Assembly (NCBI GenBank): GCA_009103225.1
Contig: RHPI01003116.1
Coordinates: 173,356-237,355 of the forward strand
Source: Chlorokybus atmophyticus
Taxonomy: Eukaryota; Plantae; Mesostigma and Chlorokybus algae
DNA length: 64,000 nucleotides
Reading direction: 5' to 3'
Position 1 is the first letter of the stretch. Each line of letters opens with the position of its first letter. Below the pieces are notes generated by a model, which saw nothing but the letters and a program-made list of their open reading frames with translations, was not told the DNA's origin and made no database searches. Shown piece by piece: positions 12,184 to 23,281 of the stretch. The position numbers were made by a program, and so were the translations under genes.

Positions 12184-14673
12184 ATGGATGGCGGTGCAAG
12201 CCAAGTAAATGAAGCCACCCTGGCGCTATTCTTACAAATCACAGGGGCAGACTTAGCACAGGGGCGCAACATCCTTGAGGTAGGTTAAGTTGTGACTCCA
12301 TAATCACCACAACAGCAACAACAACCGATATTCAACCAACCACTGCGCGCGCATACATGGGCGGTTATCAAGAGATCACTTCATTGCGCTTCGCAAGTGA
12401 ACCTTGTAGTTTATGGCCGAGTGCATGTACAGCTTCAACACAACACATGATGTGAATTAATTTTACTTCACCCTTGGCTCACAGGCGGCCAATTGGCAGC
12501 TGGAATCTGCTGTCAACTTGTTTTACATCAACGCAGCAGATGGCGGTGGACCAACAGCTGGTGTCGCAACATCCACAACTTCCAGTGAGCCCCAAACGGT
12601 GCCAACGTACGTGCAGCTACTTGTCTTGTAGTGCACATGTGTGTTTGTTGATGTTACCCGCATGCCAACGTCATTCTGTTCTGATCAGCTCGCGCGAAGA
12701 GTTTGTGAGAGCACCCATCCCAGCAAAGCGTGAAGTACTCTACCAAGAAGAGTACTTGGCTCCAAGGTACTGCGTGCATAATATTTGTTCAAACCACAAA
12801 ATACGTTGCCAACTGTGCATCTCTTACCTATCTACACCATGTTCCTCGTCGCTCGACTACTGCCACCATGTATGTTAAACATCCACAGCTGTATTGGTGG
12901 TTCATTGTGGCAACATCCCTAATGAATGCTTTCTCTGCAGTTTTCGTGCATCAGCATCTGCGCCACAGGTCACTGTGGATGCATTCAGAGATTTCAGGGC
13001 GGAGCAAAATGGTGCTGCTAGTGCTGATGGCAGCGCGGAGGCCAAAGGGCTCGCTGCGCTGTTCAAACCACCCACAGAGATTCTGTTTGCAGGCAATTTT
13101 GAACAGGTGCATTTGACATCTGTCTATGCCTGAACATGTGGGCATGTCATCTTAGCTGACTTACTAACTGAAGCCGGTATCTGTCGGACATGCGGGTATT
13201 CCATTGCAGGCGAAAGCAAAAGCCGTGGAACTTGACCGATGGCTCCTTGTGAATATCCAGTCCGTAAACGAGTTCGCCAGCCATCTCGTGAGCATAGTCA
13301 TTGCATGCATTGTTGCACAGTCGACAATCTCCATCCTAGCTGATTCCTGTTAGTGGGCTTGAATATAGGAACTTACGAGTTGGCCTGTGCCTCATGTTTG
13401 CAGCTTAACAGAGATACATGGTCGCACTCCGCTTTGAAGAACATCATTAGTTCATCATTTGTATTCTGGCAGGTATATACACCTACTCATCCCCTTCCAA
13501 CAGTGTCTACTCTGTGCCTCACTTTTTGTGTATGCCATGTTGGACATCAGAGGGATCAGAGCTCTGAGGAAGGCGCAAAGTTGTCAACGTTCTATCGCAT
13601 CACTAACACCCCCGTCACGATGGTCGTGGATCCCGTCACAGGACGCAAGCTGCGGATGTGGGAAGGTGTTGTGGAACCAGAGCGCTTGCTAGAGGTTGGT
13701 AGGATCATGACATCTAACGCATGCGTGCCAACCCTATCAGGCAGTCGCTTGCTCTTGACTTGTCTACTTAGTGTTGAGTTTCTCCCCAGTGGATTTGTGC
13801 AAGCGCACGCTGGACATGGTCCATCATGGTCTGCTGTGTTTCATTGTCACTGGTTGTTGTGCCGCTGAGACAGCTCGATCTGCTTGCAACATTTTCAGCA
13901 ATGCAGTCGTTTCTGCAGGATATGGTGCAGTACCTTGATCATGGGCCTATGAAGAACCCGAAGCGGTTCAAGGATGGTTCCATCCCGCCACCGCGCGTAC
14001 AGGCAACAACAACTGCCTCTACTCCTGCTCTTGCGTCCAGCAGCAAAGCTCTTAGCGAAGACGAGGAGCTTGCACTTGCACTAGCTGCCAGCATGGAAGG
14101 CGCAAGCGGCTCAGCACCCGCCCCCATTGCAGGTAGGAAACAATGCAGATGAGTCAGTATTACATTGCCCACACGCGCGCATGCGTACGCACGCACATGC
14201 TCGTGACTTGATACCATTCCTGGCATGCAGAGAGCCCGCCAAGCGTAGACCCTGAGGAGCTGCGCAGACAACAGGCTGCGGCGCTAGGCGAGGAGCCGAG
14301 CGCCTCGGACGCCAACGCGTGCACCATTGCTGTTCGGTTACCTGACGGCCAACGCGTCCGAAGACGGTTTCTCAAGGCCCGACCTTTGCAGGTAACTCGA
14401 CATTACAAGCACAGAACACTCATCTTCTAAACAGTTATCTGGTGAATGGCCACTGGTGGTACGGTGTGAGTACTTATCTTTACTGTTCACTTTCTGTTGT
14501 GTGTGCAGGAGTTGGGGACATATTGCCGCTCGCTTACAGCGGATGCAGCTGCGGGCCGAGCGTTTCGTTTAGCTCCATCCGTGCCGGGGTTAGCGCCGTT
14601 GGATCTGAATAGCAACCAGTCGCTGGATGTCGCAGGGGTGGCTGGCTCGATGTTGGTCATGAGCTGGGCGTAA
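12184..14673 (+). CDS. PUX7: Plant UBX domain-containing protein 7-like (UBA-like, UAS/thioredoxin-like, UIM, UBX); CDC48 adaptor
   Basis: Exons give MDGGASQVNEATLALFLQITGA...|AANWQLESAVNLF; VRAPIPAKREVLY; LAALFKPP; WLLVNIQSVNEFASHL|LNRDTW; DPVTGRKL; EDEELALALAASM; IAVRLPDGQRVRRRF; and end AGVAGSMLVMSWA*. Confidence 0.9.
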
Positions 14674-15215
14674 TGTGTATAGGCGATCGCACTGGGGCAG
14701 AGGGTAGGGTCACTCGACACCATGAATGCAATCTGTGCAATGTGGCAGTGCAACGAGTGTGGGCTCAGGGGGGTCACACGCACTTTGGCGCAGCTGCTGG
14801 CTGCCTTGTTGCTGATGCACGTCCTGGTTGGTGTTGTCGCGATGTCTTTCAGTCATGCTGTAGATCAATTACCACAACCGACACTGCACCTTCCATTAGG
14901 AGTATCTGATGTCATGAGACACATCCCTTTCATTCATTTCTCATTTCGTACATGTGAGCGCATTGGCTGGATTGCTTGCACTGCACTGTCTGCTTGTGCG
15001 AACAAGACCAGTAGGCACCACGGTATCCACTAGTGCGTTGCCCAAATCATGCAGCTTTCTTTTCCATTGGTCAAAAGGTTGTCACACAAACAGCATCATA
15101 CATGGATGTGCGTGAGCCGCAACCGTGAGCGTGACTGTATCTATGAGATAAGTTGGCATGACTTATATGCATATGCAAACAGAGTCTGATGATACTCTGA
15201 TGCACTCACCAAATT

Positions 15216-15494
15216 GCAAGGTTGAAAGATGCCTGCTCTGTAACAACTCTGCAAATATGGACGTTGCCCATGGTTGCCAGTATTGCCATATCCTGCACTG
15301 AAGCACTCACAAAATAAAACTGCGTACAACCCATGTGGGCAGATATCGAACCACTCGCAAGGTTGAAAGATGCCTGCTCTGTAACAACTCTGCAAGTAAA
15401 GACGTTGCCCATGGTTGCCAGTATTGCCATATCCTGCACTGAAGCACTCGCAAAATACTGCGTACAACCCGTGTGGGCAGGTGACGAACCACTC
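15216..15494. repeat. Tandem direct duplication, ~141 bp x2
   Basis: Units start at 15216 and 15357 (GCAAGGTTGAAAGATGCCTGCTCTG...) and differ by a few substitutions and a small indel. Confidence 0.9.
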
Positions 15495-15874
15495 ATCCAA
15501 ATGTATGTATACCTCACGGCGAGGTCTAAAGTAGTTTAGTGTTGTAGGCTTGACCAAGCGGTGTATATAACCCGATGATGGTGTGTTGGAGAGTGTGTAG
15601 GATATGTGCAGTGCTGTGTGGCACGCGCTGTGCTTGCATGCTGGTTAGTATGCTCCTGGTGGTGTCATGCATTTCTACAACTGCCTCGCGCATATCCTTT
15701 GTACACAATGGGGTCACATGCATAGCATTGCATATACGCTACACACATGTCCACTTGCAAAGCAAGCTGAAGTGCCTGGCGATGGGATCTGGCAGCTGGC
15801 AATTGCCAGACTCGCAGTGCTTGACTGCAACGGGTAGCACCCACTTGTGACGACATCCAGGGTAGCTAACCAAC

Positions 15875-15939
15875 ATATCACCATTCCATAATTTGCTTGC
15901 CAGACAATATCACCATTCCCATAATTTGCTTGCCAGACA
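15875..15939. repeat. Tandem repeat, ~32-33 bp x2, downstream of RPS11
   Basis: ATATCACCATTCC(C)ATAATTTGCTTGCCAGACA occurs twice in tandem. Confidence 0.85.
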
Positions 15940-16008
15940 AGCGCACAACACGCATGCGCAACACAGTACTCATCTTTAGAAGCCCAGCATGGCAAAACAA
16001 TGTACAGC

Positions 16009-17225
16009 TTAGAATGCAGCAAAAGCCTTGCCGCTGACCGCGCGATCTGACGCAGAGCCGGCGGGAATAACCTTCAGCACATTAAAACGCACAGTCTTGG
16101 AGAGCGGCCTGCACACAACGAGTTGGTCAACAACCCATATATACAATACGTTGGTCTCCACACATAGTTCTAAGCACACATAGCGTGCAACAAACAACCC
16201 ACCTGCACTGGCCAAGGACAACCTTGTCGCCCTCCTTGGCGCGAAAGCAAGGGGAGAGATGCGCTGGGATGTTGGTGTGCCTCTTCTCGTACCTGCAGGG
16301 GGAGCAACCAATCAGCAAATCACTCCCTGCTGGTCTCTGAGACAATTGCTTAAAAGCAGAAGTTGCTGTTACTGTTACTCACCTCTGGTACTTGGGGATG
16401 TAGTGCATGTAATCGCGCCGAACGATGATAGTGCGCTCCATCTTGGTGGAGTACACTGTGCCGGTCAAGATGCGCCCGCGGATGCTCACATTGCCAGTGA
16501 ATGGGCACTTCTTGTCAATGTAAACGCCTGTGAGGCGGAACAGCTAGAGTAAGCTGCCATACCTTGATTGCCTATATACAATGCGATTCACTCAAATTGC
16601 TCTAACATGCCTGACACAATTTTTCAGTGCGGATGCAGATAAACTCCAGAGTAATGCACAAGCCACGCACTGCCTACTTGACATTCACCACAAAGCTACG
16701 GTGCACGTGTCTAACGTGCCTTGCCCTAAGCGAGCTGAGTGCGGAGAACACCAGCTGGCGTACACAATGGCAACGTTTCTAGGGGGAGGTAGTCCCATCA
16801 CAAATGCGCGATCGCTACACTTGGCACGACCAGACAAGCACTATCTGCGACTGGATTGTGCCTTCCACCTGTTACCTACACATGCCCACCCTAATCAACG
16901 ACTGACAACACTGAGCATTTCAACAAACAGGACGCCAGCTGAGCTAAACGACTAGCAGCGACAATCACAACAGGTTTAGACCTGCCTCATTACGAGGATA
17001 CCAAAGCTGCAAATTGCGGCGCCTCCAAAACCTGACTATCACGATCCTTCAGATCTTACCTTCGATGGCCTCGCGGGGGGTCTTGAAGCCCAGGCCAATG
17101 TTCTTCCAGAAGCGGTTGCCATTCTTTCCCGGGGCCTTCTTCTTCAGGGCGCCCTTGCCGGCGAGGAACACGCCATGCTGCTTTTGGAACGCCTTCTGCG
17201 TCTGCTCCGCCGCCGCCGACGACAT
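16009..17225 (-). CDS. RPS11: 40S ribosomal protein S11 (uS17), 4 exons
   Basis: [21 protein letters not shown]...[18 protein letters not shown]|[21 protein letters not shown]...YIPKYQR|[17 protein letters not shown]...GQCR|[13 protein letters not shown]...FAAF*. Confidence 0.97.
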
Positions 17226-17329
17226 CTCGGAGCGCTATCGCCTCACCGGCAACCCCCGCTCCTCGCTCCTCCCCGAGAGACGACGACGACGCCCGCAGCG
17301 GCGGCGGCGGCGACACAGCCAAAGAGACC

Positions 17330-17338
17330 AAACCCTAA
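17330..17338. promoter_or_regulatory. Telo-box (AAACCCTAA) upstream of the RPS11 start
   Basis: Exact motif ~105 nt 5' of the RPS11 ATG. Telo-boxes are an established element of plant ribosomal-protein gene 5' regions. Confidence 0.6.
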
Positions 17339-17652
17339 CCCGCCGCCGCCACTTCAAACCTAAAACGCCGATCCGGTTCTGCGTTGAAACATCAACCCGA
17401 ATAGGTGGACCCCTAATTAACACAATCGGCGTAAGCAGCTATAGGCATATGCGTATATGCAGTGCGTTCTGCATGCAGCGCTGAGCTCACGCAAGGCTGA
17501 GGCTGCGGCGGCGGCGGTGACGGTGGCGGCGGTAGTGGTGTCGTGGAACTTAGGGAGGCGGTAGGTGAGGGTGTGGGGTGATATTGGTCGAGCTAAGTGG
17601 ATCTTCAACTTCGTTTACGAAGATTTGGCTATATCGTGTTGGAAGAAGCGAC

Positions 17653-18630
17653 ATGCAGAGAAAGGCCCTGCGTCAGGTTCAGGGGCGGCGGAGGGCAAGG
17701 GCAAGGGCAAGGGCAAGAGTAAAGGCAAGGGCCGAGGCAAGGGGAAGGCTTGAGCGCCTGAGACATATAAACTCTACATGTATAAGGTGTGCTGTTTTGC
17801 ATGCACGCTGTGGTTTTTTCGTGTCATATGTGTGGATGCATGTCCCGTCCAGCAAGTTGAGCTGTCCCGTCATGCTTATGCATGCAAGCCAGAGGGCATA
17901 CCTAGGGTTGGAAGTTGATGCTGAATTAACTAAGAAGCTACAGCCTTATCGAAATCATAGTCAGGCTATGCATTATCATAAGTTGACTTTGCGGCTGTGG
18001 ACTGCAGGTGCTGAAGTTGGTAGCAACCAACGCTAAGTACTGAATCTTAAGAACTCAATTGTACAATGTGATCGTGTCTCGGCAACTCTTCTGTGTGCAC
18101 ACAGTGTCACTCTGTATCTGCATACAGCGACATGCTGTCAAGTAGTTAAGTACCAACGTCATGTTTTACAATGACCGGCAGTGCCTACCGACTAAACAGT
18201 CTCCTGCCAGCTTGCAAAACCAATTGGTTTGCACGGGCTGCAGCCCCTTCGTTGCAACAATGGCACCATACCTCGTGCAACCGTATATATGCATGATCGT
18301 TTGGTGGATAAGTGCTGTGTGATGAGTGTTGGTCATCATAATGGATAGGTGTTGGGTGTAAACTCCATTACTGAGTCATGGTCCCCATCAACTGCAAGTT
18401 TTAAAGCAAGTGCACCCCGACACGGGCATCAGCAGCAAGGCAATGAGCATCATAAACAGCTTCATCAATGGAAGCTGGCGACAGATAAGTTCCGCTTTGC
18501 GCGCTACAACTAGAAGCCCACAATTTCCTTGCGCGAGATCCAGACAGCTGTCCGCCTCATCCTTCCTGGCGAGCTCGCCACGCACGCCGTCTCTGAGGGA
18601 ACTCAAGCTGCCAAGTTCACCACAGCTTGA
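17653..18630 (+). pseudogene. H2B: Histone H2B pseudogene (short Lys/Gly tail, one intron)
   Basis: Reads ...GKGKA*APETYKLYMYK|[24 protein letters not shown], then a 10-nt deletion (frameshift), EKLATD...[38 protein letters not shown]. There are two in-frame stops and a frameshift, plus a probable -1 just after the ATG. Confidence 0.9.
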
Positions 18631-19229
18631 GAAAGAGAAACACATGCAGGTAAAAGGGCGGTGCACTGATTGTAGGCAGAGTGAAGCCCGGCTTTGACCA
18701 TTATGTTCAACAATCAGTTACAATGATCCCTTTGGTAGCGTGCAGCTGCCAGGCAGTTCTTCCTAAATTTCTGTAGGACGCATTGGTGTCCGCATTTGCT
18801 AATAAATATCACGAGATGTGTGTATTCTCCCTCTGTTAACTCTTACGCCCACCTTGCTGCTCGCTTCTCTTCATCCCGTGCTGCTGGCATAACTTGTTCA
18901 GCACAGGCTAAATATCAAGTATTCAGCAGTATCAATCAGTATCCAGTCGTGGCTGAACTGCACAGTGTTGATTTGAATGCGATGTCGCCCATTAAATCGG
19001 CCTTATGTCAAGCACAATTGTTGCAATGATTGTAGGTGCTTATAGCTGATCAGTGGGGTGCTTGACTCAAGAACTCGATGTGTATGTTGTTGTGGAGCTG
19101 TAGCTGTATGTCTCTTCTCACATGTCATACAAGCCTCACAACCGTTATGATGGCTTATTGCAATGCTTGTAGTATCAATATTGATATAATTGTTTGTCTG
19201 CGTTGCAGGTTGCACCAAACGCAATACAT

Positions 19230-20490
19230 AATTGTTGAACTGCTTGTGTCCATGTGAGAGTGTTTACAACATGCCATTATACTTGTAGCTTATTGTATGT
19301 ACACCTGTATATGTATGCATATAATTAAATACCCATCCATACAATAAAATCCTTTGTATATTTATGTTACAGTTGTTAACCGGATATGACTACATAAGTC
19401 ACTCAATGCAATGTTGACCGTACATATACACGCGCCGCGTGTATACGAGGTGTATACATCAATGTGATATACATGGTATGGGACATATATGAGGCATTTG
19501 GCTCCCCCTATGGCAGCGACTTTTGCTGGCGTAGCCTAGTGGATAAGACGCCAATGTTATGGTTAACAATACCTAGCCAATATTAAGTGATCCAAGCGTG
19601 TGCTTTGATAATTTATTAAAGTATTCGTACTTACGGATTGTTGAAAGCTTAAGTTGAATATGTTAACAATGATGTAACTTCAATTGCAACTGACGCTATC
19701 ACCATAACATATCAGATATAGCATACATAATTACACTCATGTATAGCAACTTATTGTTCATAATCATACATAATTACCATTCATTCATTTATGCATTAAA
19801 ACCAAGCATTATGAGTTTCACGCATGTACGGCAACAATCTTAAAATCAATTCAAATGATGCATGCAGGAACATACACGTCTTTCATCGAAAATATATTCG
19901 ATGTTAAAGTTCCACAGGGGTGCATGTTTTTGTGCGCCTTGTCACTGAACGTATTCTATAATTGTTGTTACTCAACGTTTGTACACCGTGCATACACACA
20001 TGCAACCATGCCTGCACCAAACGATCCTACCATCGTACAAAACATTATTAAAGTTGCTCAAGCTTTCAGTTGGACATGTACTATTGATGAAGAATTGCAA
20101 GCTGTTGCTGAGCTGCCATTCCTTCAGACCACGTTGGAAGGGATTACCAAGCGTATTGATGACCTTGGCAAGCTGGTCGACGCAAATCATAACGATGTCA
20201 AATATGCCACAATTTAGAGGGATATGGCGAGAAGCATGCAGAGTTTTGCGTATTGTTGCCATTGCAGCAAGTAATTAGCAATATGTGGTATATATCGCAT
20301 ATCTCAAATCTGCATCTGTGCACAAATAGCGGGGTGAAAAAAAGTTTTATATTTTTTAAAGTAAAATGAACAAGAATATTTCTTTAAAATGAAGTCAGTG
20401 ATAGTTTCTAAGTGTATCAGACGTCAGGTATTTCAAGAGACTTTTATGAGTGTCCCTTACACATCAATTGTATGAAAATAATCAAATCTA
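19230..20490. other. AT-rich island, possibly a transposon relic
   Basis: Visibly more AT-rich than its flanks and lacks the CA/GT intron repeats. It contains a 10-bp hairpin (19425-19445), a Pol III A-box-like TAGCCTAGTGG (19532-19542) and a short ORF (20008-20217). Confidence 0.4.
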
Positions 20491-21286
20491 GTGCAAGGAT
20501 TGGTGTGCATGGCGAGAGTAAGCCCCATTGAGTTGGTGGGTTGTCTCCCCACTGGCGCACATCTCTGTGCTATGGCGAGCTACTGCACGGGAGCCTCAAG
20601 TCGCGACCCGAGACCCTGACTGCAGGTCCTGCCCTTACGGGATGGCACTTTCTGCCTCATCGCCCGGGGACTTTCTCTCGGTCATCGAGATAACCGTATG
20701 CGCCTTTCACCATGCACAAAAACTGCAATATGCCCGCACTTAGCATTCCATACCCAATTGCATCGATGCAATGCGCAACAGCTGGTGCGGTGTAAGCCGT
20801 CAAGGTGCGCATCTGACGGTCAGTAATAACTGATGTCAGGCAGGTGTCTCTGGCTGCGGCCCGAGTCATGCGGCATGACAGGCCCTCAGGTCCATGGAGG
20901 CAGCCGCAGGCGCGGGTTTTCACCTCAGGTTGGCCAGCCGATCTCTCCACTCACCCTCTGAGCATGCACGCAAGCAGTGGCAGTGCAAAGCAGCGAAAAG
21001 CAGGCACAACTTGTGCCGCACAAGGCTGCCATAGCGTGCTTGCCCTGCCCCGTTGCCGTTGCTCAAAAGAGGCTGTTGCATTTGTTTGCGCCTACGTCAC
21101 ATTGCAAGCTGTCACTGCAGCTGAGAGCCCTCAGCTTGCCTTGAGCTCTCAACGCCAGCTGGCCTTGAGGTTGCCAAGCCTGGAGCAGGGCGTCGCAAGG
21201 GAAGGAGTAGCAAGTGATAGAAGAGCGGTGAGGCTGCTCACAAGGCTTGTTTACTGCAGTTTGCTTGCTTAGCTGGTTGTTTGGTT

Positions 21287-22593
21287 ATGGGCAACATGGA
21301 TGCGGAGGGGGCGCCCACGTCGGATGAGCTGCCTGGAGGTGAGGAACCAGAAGAAGGATCACCAGGAGGTGGAGCTGCGGAGGAGGAGGAGGAGGAGGAG
21401 CATAGGGAAGCTGAGGCCGAGCATGAGCACGAGGAGCACATGGAGCATGCCGCACCAGCCGGCGGCTCGCCTCCGCCTGCGGCCGGCCGGCAGGGGCCAG
21501 GCAGGGCGGAGAAGAAGCCTCCGGCGCAGCCGCATGGCAGGAGGTCGGCCAAGCGGCGGCCAGGCCGGCCGGCGGGGAAGTCCAGGAGGCAGGAAGGCGG
21601 CGAGGGGGAGGGCGGCGCCAGCAGAGGCCGCCCTAACCGCCGCCACGTCAAAGCCGAGACTTGGAAAATCTACATCTACAAGGCCAGTCAGACTGCAAGC
21701 CGCGTATACTGCAGCAAGTGCGTGTGTTGGTACACTGTTTGCATGTAGCCGCTGCATGTGACACATGCAGCGGCTACAAAAGATGTTGGCCTGACGTGCA
21801 TGCATCGCATTCACAACTTCGGCAACCAGGCCCTAATCAGTGCATGCTTGCAGGCAAAGGGCCGCTTTTTACTTATAGTTCAAGCCAAAGCTTAGCTTTT
21901 GTAAGCATGCACGCAACTTGGGACTGTCTACACTGTCTACACTGTCCTCAGCTAGTGGTACTCACGACATAAACTGCTACCTCGCTAGTCGTTAAGCCTA
22001 TTGACAACAGACCGTAGCTGTGAAGCTGCTAGCAGTAATGCAGCTGCGGTCAGCCTATGTGCGATAGTCGCACTCTGGAAGTGGTGGGCCCCGCTACGTA
22101 CAAACAGAGTGAGGGTCACAAGCAGCGTGTATTTCGTGGCACAGCGGTGAATGCTTGTGGCTGCCAGCAAGCAACATATGCCTGGTGACTTGGGCCAAAA
22201 AATGCTTTCAAATTTCAGGTGCTGAAGCAGGTGCACCCAGACATGGGCATCAGTAGCAAGGCGATGAGCATCATGAACAGCTTCATCAACGACATGTTCG
22301 AGAAGATCGCCACGGAGGCCTCGCGCCTTGCTCGCTACACCCACAAGAACACTCTCACGTCCCGCGAGATTCAGACCGCAGTCAGGCTTATCCTTCCAGG
22401 CAAGCAAGATGAATTACTTTCAGTCTAAACATCAACATCTCCTCTCGTGTGTGACTTTACACTAGCATAATATAAAGACTGTGTTGATACTGTAGTACTG
22501 TCTTCATACTTACGTGCAAATGCAGGTGAACTGGCCAAGCATGCGGTGTCTGAAGGCACAAAGGCGGTGACCAAATTTACATCTTCAGCATGA
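21287..22593 (+). CDS. H2B: Histone H2B variant with a ~130 aa acidic/His-rich then basic N-terminal extension; 3 coding exons
   Basis: [15 protein letters not shown]...[20 protein letters not shown]...[11 protein letters not shown]...[11 protein letters not shown]|[14 protein letters not shown]...RLILP|[22 protein letters not shown]. The frame is open through both introns, which use GC donors. Confidence 0.9.
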
Positions 22594-23281
22594 TGATGCA
22601 CCCAACCAGTGCGGTACACGACCTGTACTGCGTTGTTGTAACAATAAGCGAGCTTTCTTGTACAGCGCGTGAGTTGTATACAGAACAGTAAGATGTGCTG
22701 CCTGTTGTTTTGCAATGCAATAAAACTTGTTGTGCCTCATCTTGCGTAGGGGACATGGTGATCACTGTACACATCGAACATGGCGGCACTGCACGCCACA
22801 ACAGCCATATTCCCACGCACAATCGTATACACACGGCAACAGTCAGATTGTTGCCAACGCAACAGACTGTTGCCATTGCAAGAGAACACACTCAGAAACC
22901 GCACAATTATGTGGAACAATGCACAAAGTACAGGTACTGCAAGCTGCAACCACGAATGCGGTGGTTGATAAATGTAATGTTACATCGCGCGCTATACGTC
23001 TGTTACCCAACTATAGGAAAGGTCATCAGACGCTATGTACTGTCAAGTACTGTCTTCTCTACAGACAGGCATTTGCCTGTCATCTACAAAGCAAGCTGGC
23101 AAGAAGGAAGGAGAGGAAGCACATGGTGCTTCCTCTTGTCCTTCCCGCACAGCTTGGCAAAAGAATGAGCAAAAGAATGCGCAAAAGAATAAGCCACTCC
23201 TAACTAACTCCAACTTGCTTTCCCACTAACAATGTTCTAGTCTACGCGAAGCATAAAAACCTTTTGTTACTTTCCTTTTGT

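Noticed and set aside
16560-17055. Intronic snoRNA in RPS11
   Set aside because: No paired C (RUGAUGA) and D (CUGA) boxes with a terminal stem, and no clear H/ACA layout, by eye.
17700-18520. In-frame TGA and TAG in H2B as evidence of stop-codon reassignment or selenocysteine
   Set aside because: The same locus has a 10-nt frameshift. Intact genes here end in TAG (SPP, PRIM2), TAA (PUX7, RPS11, PEX22, UP3-like) and TGA (H2B variant), so the code is standard.
19525-19575. tRNA gene
   Set aside because: A-box only, with no T-arm/B-box and no acceptor-stem pairing.
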